Positions 24,367 through 32,000 of a stretch of 32,000 nt of DNA are shown in pieces. Positions within the stretch are counted from its first letter, which is position 1; every line of letters starts with the position of its first letter. This DNA is from Acidothermus cellulolyticus 11B. Lineage in GTDB: Bacteria; Actinomycetota; Actinomycetes; Acidothermales; Acidothermaceae. The stretch spans positions 30,001 to 62,000 of the forward strand of contig NC_008578.1 of NCBI RefSeq assembly GCF_000015025.1, read 5' to 3'. The notes beneath the pieces were generated by a model. That model was not told the origin of the DNA. It did not search any database and saw nothing but the letters and a program-made list of their open reading frames with translations. The position numbers were made by a program, and so were the translations under genes.

Positions 24367-25728
24367 ATGACGACGAACGCGATACCCGCCCGCCGGGCAA
24401 CCTCCGGGGTGTCGTTGATCCGGGTGCGCCCCGGCGCCGTCCTGACCGCGATCTACCTCGGCGGCCTCGCTGTTCTCGCCCTCTGGTGGCATGACACACC
24501 GCCGATCCACGGTTGGGGCGAGTGGTTGACCAACGCGGGGCGGATCACCGGACTGCTCGCGGGGTATGTCGTGATCGTCGTTCTCGCTCTGATGGCGCGC
24601 GTACCCGCCGTTGAGCGGGGTGTCGGCGCGGATCGGCTGGCCCGCTGGCATGCCATGGGCGGCCGCTACCTGGTCGGAGTCGCGGCGGCCCATACGGCGC
24701 TCATCATCTGGGGCTATGCGGTGAGCGCTCACGAGGGTCTCATCCGGCAGACGAGTGATCTGCTCCTGCACTATCCCGATGTCCTGATGGCCACCGTCGC
24801 CCTCGGACTCTTTGTCGGGATCGGAATTGTCTCCGCCCGCGCGCTCCGTCGCCGGCTCGCGTACGAGACCTGGTACTACCTGCACTTTTACACGTACCTG
24901 GCGATTGCGCTCTCGTTCAGCCATGAATTCGCCACCGGCGCCGACTTCATGAGCAATCTCCCGGCGCGCGTGCTCTGGGCGGGGCTGTACATCGTGGTCG
25001 GCGCCATGCTGGTGTGGTACCGGTTCCTCACCCCGTTCCGGCTCGCGCTGCGCCACCGGTTCCGCGTCGTCCGTGTCGTGGATGAGGCTCCGGGGATTTT
25101 CTCCCTCCACATCGGCGGACGCCGGCTCGACGAACTCGCGATTGAACCGGGGCAATTCTTCCGGTGGCGTTTTCTCTGCGCCGGGCAATGGTGGCAATCC
25201 CACCCTTACTCGCTGTCTGCACCGCCGACCCGATCCCTGCTGCGGATCACCGTCAAGGCCCTGGGAGACCACTCCACGGCGTTGCGGCGCATACCTCCCG
25301 GTACGCGTGTCCTCGCGGAAGGACCTTACGGGGCGCTTACCGCGGCGCGGCGGACCTCACCCCGCGTTCTGCTCATCGCCGGCGGCATCGGCATCACTCC
25401 GCTCCGCGCGCTCTTCGAGACTCTGCCGGGACGCCGCGGGGATCTCACCCTGATCTACAGGGCAAATCACGAACAGGAATTCGCCTTCCGCGCCGAACTC
25501 GACCAGATCGCCCGTTATCGAAAGGCCGCGGTGCATTATCTCGTCGGGCCGCCCGGTGGTCCCGGGGATCCGTTCGTCGGTACGCGGCTTCGGTCTTTGG
25601 TGCCGGACGTGCGCCGCCGCGACGTGTTCGTCTGCGGCCCGCCGCCAATGATCACGGCGGCGGTGACGGCCCTGCGCCGGCTTGGGGTTCCGCGTCGTCG
25701 CATCCATACGGAAGCCTTCGAGTTCTAG
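24367..25728 (+). CDS. NOX/FRE-like ferric reductase: bis-heme TM domain fused to an FAD/NAD(P)H-binding domain
   Basis: Two His pairs sit in TM helices with NOX-type spacing: WH-x13-H in WHAMGGRYLVGVAAAH, and H-x12-H in LHFYTYLAIALSFSH. Also an HPYSLS FAD motif and a LLIAGGIGITP NAD(P)H motif. ATG at 24367 with GGGAGAGG upstream. Confidence 0.85.
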   Translation: MTTNAIPARRATSGVSLIRVRPGAVLTAIYLGGLAVLALWWHDTPPIHGWGEWLTNAGRITGLLAGYVVIVVLALMARVPAVERGVGADRLARWHAMGGRYLVGVAAAHTALIIWGYAVSAHEGLIRQTSDLLLHYPDVLMATVALGLFVGIGIVSARALRRRLAYETWYYLHFYTYLAIALSFSHEFATGADFMSNLPARVLWAGLYIVVGAMLVWYRFLTPFRLALRHRFRVVRVVDEAPGIFSLHIGGRRLDELAIEPGQFFRWRFLCAGQWWQSHPYSLSAPPTRSLLRITVKALGDHSTALRRIPPGTRVLAEGPYGALTAARRTSPRVLLIAGGIGITPLRALFETLPGRRGDLTLIYRANHEQEFAFRAELDQIARYRKAAVHYLVGPPGGPGDPFVGTRLRSLVPDVRRRDVFVCGPPPMITAAVTALRRLGVPRRRIHTEAFEF

Positions 25729-25738
25729 GACGGTATCG

Positions 25739-26305
25739 ATGAGACGGGCCTTTCTGACATTGGCCGCAACGGTCATCGGTCTTGTTCTGCTCCTGCAGTT
25801 CAAGACGACTCCCCTTGGCGGCGGAGCGAAAACTGCTCTGGGGACGGACGGCGGCTCGACGTCGTCGGGTGCCGGAAATTCGCAGGCCGGGACGTCAGCG
25901 AATTCGGCATCCAACGGCGGGACGGCCGGAAATTCCTCCGCAGCAGGGCCCACCGCGGGTGCTGCGCCTACGCCGCCGACAAACTCCGGTGCGGGTTCAT
26001 CGGCCGGCGGTACGGTGACGGTCACCGGCAGCGCTGTCCCGGTGACCGAGGGTTTCCGCACGTTCGGCACGATCCAACTGCGGGTGACAATTTCCAACGG
26101 GAAGATCACCGATATCCAGGCAATTAATTATCCGCACAACGACCCGCGTTCCTACGAAATCAGTTTGTACGCCCTGCCGATCCTGCGGCAGGAGGCGCTG
26201 ACCGCCCAGAGCGCGCAGATCGACGCCGTCAGCGGCGCGACCTGGACGAGTGAAGCGTATGCCCAATCCCTGCAGGCCGCTCTCGACGCTGCGAAGTCGA
26301 AGTGA
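25739..26305 (+). CDS. FMN-binding domain protein, membrane-anchored/secreted, with a flavinylation motif
   Basis: N-terminal anchor MRRAFLTLAATVIGLVLLLQF, a Gly/Ser/Thr/Ala-rich linker, and a C-terminal FMN_bind domain with DAVSGATWTS. The acceptor Thr168 codon is at 26240-26242. Confidence 0.85.
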   Translation: MRRAFLTLAATVIGLVLLLQFKTTPLGGGAKTALGTDGGSTSSGAGNSQAGTSANSASNGGTAGNSSAAGPTAGAAPTPPTNSGAGSSAGGTVTVTGSAVPVTEGFRTFGTIQLRVTISNGKITDIQAINYPHNDPRSYEISLYALPILRQEALTAQSAQIDAVSGATWTSEAYAQSLQAALDAAKSK

Positions 26306-27081
26306 ACCGGACGATGCCGGCGGAACTCACATCGGTCGTCCATGTGGAGCACGTCATGGGCACGACCGTGAGTTTCGACGTGCGCACCACGCCGGACGAC
26401 GTAGACCACGCGCGGCGGGTGATTGCCGCAGCCGTGCACATCCTGCACACTGCCGATGCGGTGTTCAGCACGTATCGCCCCGACAGCGACATTTCCCGTC
26501 TGAACCGCGGCGAGTTGCGGCTTGCCGCGTGTCATCCGGACGTCGCCCGCGTGCTCGACTTGTGTGCCTGGTTTGAGGCGAAGACCGACGGCTATTTCAC
26601 GGCGCGATATGACGGTTCGATCGACCCTACCGGCCTGGTGAAAGGTTGGGCCGTTGACCGCGCGGCGCAGCATATCGCCGATGCGGGATATCAGCACGTC
26701 CTGGTCAACGGCGGCGGCGACATTGCGGCGGTGGGCGGCCGGGCCCCTGGTCTGCCGTGGCGGGTGGGCATCGCCCATCCCTTCCGCTCGGACGTCCTGC
26801 TCGCCACCGTGGAACTCTTCACCGGCGGTGTCGCCACCTCGGGTACCACATGCCGCGGAGCACATGTCATCAATCCGCGGACCGGTTCACCCGCCACCGA
26901 ATGGGCAAGCGTCACCGTCAGCGGCCCGGACCTTGTCAGTGCGGACGTTTACGCGACCGCAGCGTTGGCAAGGGGGCGAAGCGCCCTCACCTGGCTTTCG
27001 GAACTGCCCGGATTCCGGTACTGGGCGGTTTCGGCGGACGGCGCCGCCTGGCAGTCTCCGCCTCGGAGTGCAGTGCGCTGA
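26302..27081 (+). CDS. apbE: ApbE-family FAD:protein FMN transferase
   Basis: MGTTVSFDV, FSTYRPDSDISRLN, DPTGLVKGWAVDRA, LVNGGGDIA and GVATSGT are typical ApbE motifs. The GTG start overlaps the upstream stop (GTGA). An alternative ATG lies at 26314. Confidence 0.9.
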   Translation: MNRTMPAELTSVVHVEHVMGTTVSFDVRTTPDDVDHARRVIAAAVHILHTADAVFSTYRPDSDISRLNRGELRLAACHPDVARVLDLCAWFEAKTDGYFTARYDGSIDPTGLVKGWAVDRAAQHIADAGYQHVLVNGGGDIAAVGGRAPGLPWRVGIAHPFRSDVLLATVELFTGGVATSGTTCRGAHVINPRTGSPATEWASVTVSGPDLVSADVYATAALARGRSALTWLSELPGFRYWAVSADGAAWQSPPRSAVR

Positions 27082-27164
27082 CGGGCCACCTTCGTCGCGG
27101 CGCCTGCCGGAACACCGGCGCGTCCGGATGGAACACCGGCGCGTCCGGCTAATTCAAGACGGAT

Positions 27165-27202
27165 GTGTGCGGAAGCGGCTCGGCTGAACCGCCTCCGCAC
27201 AC
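27165..27202. terminator. Stem-loop between the convergent apbE and thiC genes (candidate bidirectional terminator)
   Basis: GTGTGCGGAAGCGG-(10 nt)-CCGCCTCCGCACAC forms a 14-bp stem with one mismatch. It has no clear U-tract, as is common in high-GC actinobacteria. Confidence 0.45.
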
Positions 27203-27211
27203 CCACACCCG

Positions 27212-29108
<1,897 letters not shown>

Positions 29109-29131
29109 CATGCCGGAACCCGGCGGTCATG

Positions 29132-30124
29132 TCACAGCCAATCTTTGCGGCGAAAAACCCAGTACAGCACCACCACACCGATCAGGATGATCGCGCTCGA
29201 GGTGAGGAGGCCGGAGAGGCGGCCGAAACCGGGATACGGCACGTTCTGGCCGTAAAAGCCGGTCACCGCGGTCGGTACGGCGATAATCGCCGCCCAACTC
29301 GTCACCTTCTTCATGATGGTGTTCAGACGGTTGCCCTGAATGGTCAGATTTGCTTCCAGCATGGTGGCGACCATGTCCCGCAGCGAATCGACCTGCTCGC
29401 TCACCCGGAGCAGATGGTCGTACACATCCTGGAAGTACGGCATCAACGTCGGCCCGACGAGCGGGGAATCGTGCCGCAGCAATTCGTTGACGACCTCGCG
29501 CATCGGCAGGACAATGCGCCGCAGCCGCATGAGATCCTTGCGCACCAAGAATGATTCACGCTGCACGGCACGGATCTGGTCACGGGATTCGTCGAAGAGC
29601 TTGTCCTCCAACGCGTCCACCCGCTCGTCCAGCCGCTCGGTGACGGTGAAGTAGCTGTCGACGATGCAATCCAGCAGGCCGTACAGCAGAAAACCGACGC
29701 CGCATTCCGCGAGGTTGGCGAGTTCGTCCCATCGCGCCGTCACCCGCTCGATGTCGAAGCCGGTGCTCTTGCGCACGGTGATGAGCGCATTCCGCGTCAC
29801 GAAGACCGCGAGCTCATGCGCCGCCAGCGTGCCGGGCGCGCCGGGATCCACCGGCGTGCCGGGATCCGCTACGGCATAGCACGACAGAAAAAGATGGGAC
29901 CCGTAGTGGTCGAGCTTCGGCCGCTGTCCGGGATGAACGGCGTCCTCCAGCGCGAGGACGTGCAAGCCGAACTCCTCCTCGATGAGCTGGAGGTCGTCGC
30001 CTTCCGGTGGGCAGAGATCCAGCCAGACGACGGCGGCCGGATCGGTGACGTAGTCGGAAATGTCCGCCGCCGGAAAATCCTCCTTGGCTAATTTTCCGTC
30101 ACGGTACAGGCGGGTGCGTGGCAT
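29132..30124 (-). CDS. corA: CorA-family divalent cation transporter (GQN variant of the GMN motif)
   Basis: 330 aa with CorA architecture: a cytoplasmic domain and two C-terminal TM helices, with ...AVTGFYGQNVPYPGF... between them and a basic C-terminal RRKDWL. GGAGGG lies 6 nt before the ATG at 30124. Confidence 0.88.
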   Translation of the reverse strand: MPRTRLYRDGKLAKEDFPAADISDYVTDPAAVVWLDLCPPEGDDLQLIEEEFGLHVLALEDAVHPGQRPKLDHYGSHLFLSCYAVADPGTPVDPGAPGTLAAHELAVFVTRNALITVRKSTGFDIERVTARWDELANLAECGVGFLLYGLLDCIVDSYFTVTERLDERVDALEDKLFDESRDQIRAVQRESFLVRKDLMRLRRIVLPMREVVNELLRHDSPLVGPTLMPYFQDVYDHLLRVSEQVDSLRDMVATMLEANLTIQGNRLNTIMKKVTSWAAIIAVPTAVTGFYGQNVPYPGFGRLSGLLTSSAIILIGVVVLYWVFRRKDWL

Positions 30125-30127
30125 CGG

Positions 30128-30565
30128 CTACCCTCCGGACCGGCCCGGCGTGCCGGCCCGCGGCCCCGGACCGTCCGCCGGCGACACCGGGGCAGCGGAA
30201 GTCGTCACTGCACCGTGCTGCAGCAGTAACGGCGTTGTCTTCCGCTCGACGACGAAGGACAGGAACGGCACGAATCCCGCGGCGGCCATGAAGAACAACC
30301 GAAGAGGTTTCAAGCGATACCGCAGCGTCAGTTCCAGGCAGGTCAGGCAGTAGATGACATAGAGAACTCCGTGTGCGGTGCCAACGTACTTGGCGACGTA
30401 CGGGAAATGCGCGAGGTGGTTGAGCGGTACGCCGACGAAGACCAGGATGACGAGGCCGGTTCCGACGATGTAGGCGAGAAGACGGTACCGGCCGAGCGGG
30501 GTGGTGACGAATTCCGCCGCGGACATCCGCGGCATCGACTGAGTCTGAGCCGACGGTTCGGTCAT
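30128..30565 (-). CDS. DUF3817-family integral membrane protein
   Basis: LGRYRLLAYIVGTGLVILVFVGVPL...AHGVLYVIYCL...FMAAAGFVPFLSFVVERK matches the DUF3817 pattern as I recall it. The stop lies 3 nt before the corA ATG. The start overlaps the upstream stop (ATGA). Confidence 0.75.
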   Translation of the reverse strand: MTEPSAQTQSMPRMSAAEFVTTPLGRYRLLAYIVGTGLVILVFVGVPLNHLAHFPYVAKYVGTAHGVLYVIYCLTCLELTLRYRLKPLRLFFMAAAGFVPFLSFVVERKTTPLLLQHGAVTTSAAPVSPADGPGPRAGTPGRSGG

Positions 30566-31002
30566 CGCCGGGCGTCCGCGCGGGCATTCAGCCGGGCAAG
30601 GTAGGCGTTGTACGCGGCAAGTTCCTCGTCGTCCTCCTCATCAGGGGCATTCGGCACGGGGAACATCCACGTGCCGCCGTCCGTGGCGGCCTCCGCCGGC
30701 GCCGCCGGTGTGGGTGGATGCCCGGATGGGACTCCAGGCGGCTCACCGGCGCCACCCGCCGGCCTCGGCCGTCGCTCCGGGTGGGCTTCCTCGTACAACA
30801 AACGCCACCACCCATAAATCACGATCAGGGCCATCGCCCACCACTGGAACGCGTACAGCGTGTTCTGCAACGAACCGCGAGGGGACACCGACACGTCCCA
30901 CTGCCAGTGGCCGAGGAAACAGAAACCCGCCACGATCACGACGAGCAGAAGATGCCGCGGCCACCACCGCGGCCGAAGCGCTGTCCGCAGCACGCTTCTC
31001 AC
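30562..31002 (-). CDS. Small two-TM membrane protein with a Pro-rich/acidic tail (SURF1-like LGxWQ and YAxQWW segments)
   Basis: The GTG at 31002 lies immediately after the upstream TAG (31004-31006). RPRWWPRHLLLVVIVAGFCFLGHWQW and LYAFQWWAMALIVIYGWW are two TM segments. The 220-aa track ORF upstream of 31002 overlaps the PP2C gene out of frame. The start could also be the GTG at 30993. Confidence 0.55.
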   Translation of the reverse strand: MRSVLRTALRPRWWPRHLLLVVIVAGFCFLGHWQWDVSVSPRGSLQNTLYAFQWWAMALIVIYGWWRLLYEEAHPERRPRPAGGAGEPPGVPSGHPPTPAAPAEAATDGGTWMFPVPNAPDEEDDEELAAYNAYLARLNARADARR

Positions 31003-31003
31003 G

Positions 31004-32000
31004 CTACCCTCGCGGGAGACTCTGGTCGTCGGCTGTCGTGGTGTCGATCCGCCGCTGCACATACAGGACGGCCACGTCGTCGGCCAACGGTCCGCCGTTG
31101 CGATCGGTGACTTCGTCGAGGAGCGTGTCGAGGAGCATCGCGGGTTCGGGGATTCCTTGATATCGCTGGACGAGTTCGACCAGCCCGCGCTCCCCGAGCC
31201 GCGGACCCGTGCCGCCGTCCGCATAACCCTCGATGAGACCGTCGGTGAAACAGAGCAACGACCACGCTGGACCGAGGGTCAACGGCGTCGCCGGAACGTC
31301 CGGGTCGTCGAGAATCCCGAGGGCGACTCCGCCGTCGACGTCGAGCGTCTCGACCCGTCCGTCGCGGAGGACGAGCGGGGCTGGATGGCCGGCGAGATAC
31401 ACCCATCCGTCATGTGCCGTCCGGTCCAGGACGACCATGCACGCGCTGGCGAAGACCTCCTCGCCGTGCCGCTCCCGAAGCAGCAATTCTTGAACGGCGG
31501 GCAGAACGTGATCGGCGTCCAAGCCGGCGAGCACCAGCGCGCGCCAGCCGACCCGTAGGCAGACGCCGAGCGCGGCTTCGTCCGGGCCGTGTCCGGAGAC
31601 GTCGCCGATGAGCAGCCAGACCCGACCGTCGTCCGTCTGGATCGCGTCAAAGAAATCGCCACCCAGCTGGGCGAGCGCCCGGCGTGGGCGGTATCGCGTG
31701 ACGACGGCGAGCGGCGCGTCGCCGAGGAGTGGGACGGGGAGCAGTCCTCGCTGGAGCCGGACATTCTCCCGCTGCCGGGCCTGCGCGGTCTGCAGAGCCC
31801 GCAGAGACGCCTCGGTCCGCTTCCGTTCCGCGGCGTACCGAACCGCCCGCACGAGCAGCGGCGCGTCGATTTCGGTGCGGACGAGGTAATCCTGGGCACC
31901 CGCCGCCATCGCCGTCATTCCACCGTGCTCGTCGCCGTCGTCGGTCAGCACGACCACAGCCACGTCCGGCGCGAAATCGTGGATTTCCCGGACGGCGTCG
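31004..32000 (-). CDS. Response-regulator receiver + PP2C/SpoIIE-type phosphatase; 5' end outside window
   Basis: The frame stays open to the window edge (DAVREIHDFAPDVAVVVLTDDGDEHGGMTAMAAGAQDYLV is the end of a REC domain). PP2C/SpoIIE motifs follow: LGGDFFDA, LLIGDVSGHGPDEAA and LLCFTDGLIEG. Confidence 0.85.
   Translation of the reverse strand, partial: DAVREIHDFAPDVAVVVLTDDGDEHGGMTAMAAGAQDYLVRTEIDAPLLVRAVRYAAERKRTEASLRALQTAQARQRENVRLQRGLLPVPLLGDAPLAVVTRYRPRRALAQLGGDFFDAIQTDDGRVWLLIGDVSGHGPDEAALGVCLRVGWRALVLAGLDADHVLPAVQELLLRERHGEEVFASACMVVLDRTAHDGWVYLAGHPAPLVLRDGRVETLDVDGGVALGILDDPDVPATPLTLGPAWSLLCFTDGLIEGYADGGTGPRLGERGLVELVQRYQGIPEPAMLLDTLLDEVTDRNGGPLADDVAVLYVQRRIDTTTADDQSLPRG

Noticed and set aside
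23989-25272. 427-aa reverse-strand ORF
   Set aside because: It is antisense to the ferric-reductase gene, which has coherent TM helices and FAD/NAD motifs. There are no motifs in the shadow frame.

Overview
High-G+C, Actinomycetota-type chromosomal segment; the organism cannot be identified from the sequence alone. All calls come from reading motifs in the supplied translations and the DNA by eye. No searches or computations were run.

Most of the window is ordinary core genome:
- a partial COG4315-type lipoprotein that runs off the 5' edge and is missing from the ORF track
- a PAC2-family protein, glpD and a C-N hydrolase
- a three-gene 2-oxoacid dehydrogenase operon (E1alpha/E1beta/E2)
- a Pro-rich membrane-anchored protein and a HisC/Pat-like aminotransferase
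- tRNA-Ser(GCT) and tRNA-Arg(ACG)
- a divergent TetR/ClC channel pair, OsmC, an alpha/beta hydrolase and MarR+MFS
- a single-ORF LMW-PTP::fructosamine-kinase fusion, divergent from ManD
- a NOX-like ferric reductase / FMN-bind / ApbE flavinylation module
- thiC behind a TPP riboswitch
- a tightly coupled REC-PP2C / small membrane protein / DUF3817 / CorA operon

The only clearly accessory stretch is about 11.15-14.8 kb, immediately 3' of tRNA-Arg. By eye it has lower G+C and lower GC3. It contains:
- an Mrr-family type IV restriction enzyme that appears frameshifted about 30 codons from its end
- a convergent orphan 275-aa protein with a PD-(D/E)xK-like N-terminal pattern, behind an AT-rich and probably leaderless promoter
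- two unusually long non-coding gaps
- a 38-bp perfect palindrome
- a VOC-family gene

No integrase or att repeat was found there. This islet is the best candidate for something undescribed, but the evidence is context plus a weak motif.

Several intergenic tandem or direct repeat arrays are also visible: 48 bp upstream of the dehydrogenase operon, 64 bp x2 upstream of tRNA-Ser, 30 bp x3 in the ptp/manD divergent region, and 3x GAGCGACCCT between TetR and ClC. No CRISPR array, transposase or rRNA was seen.
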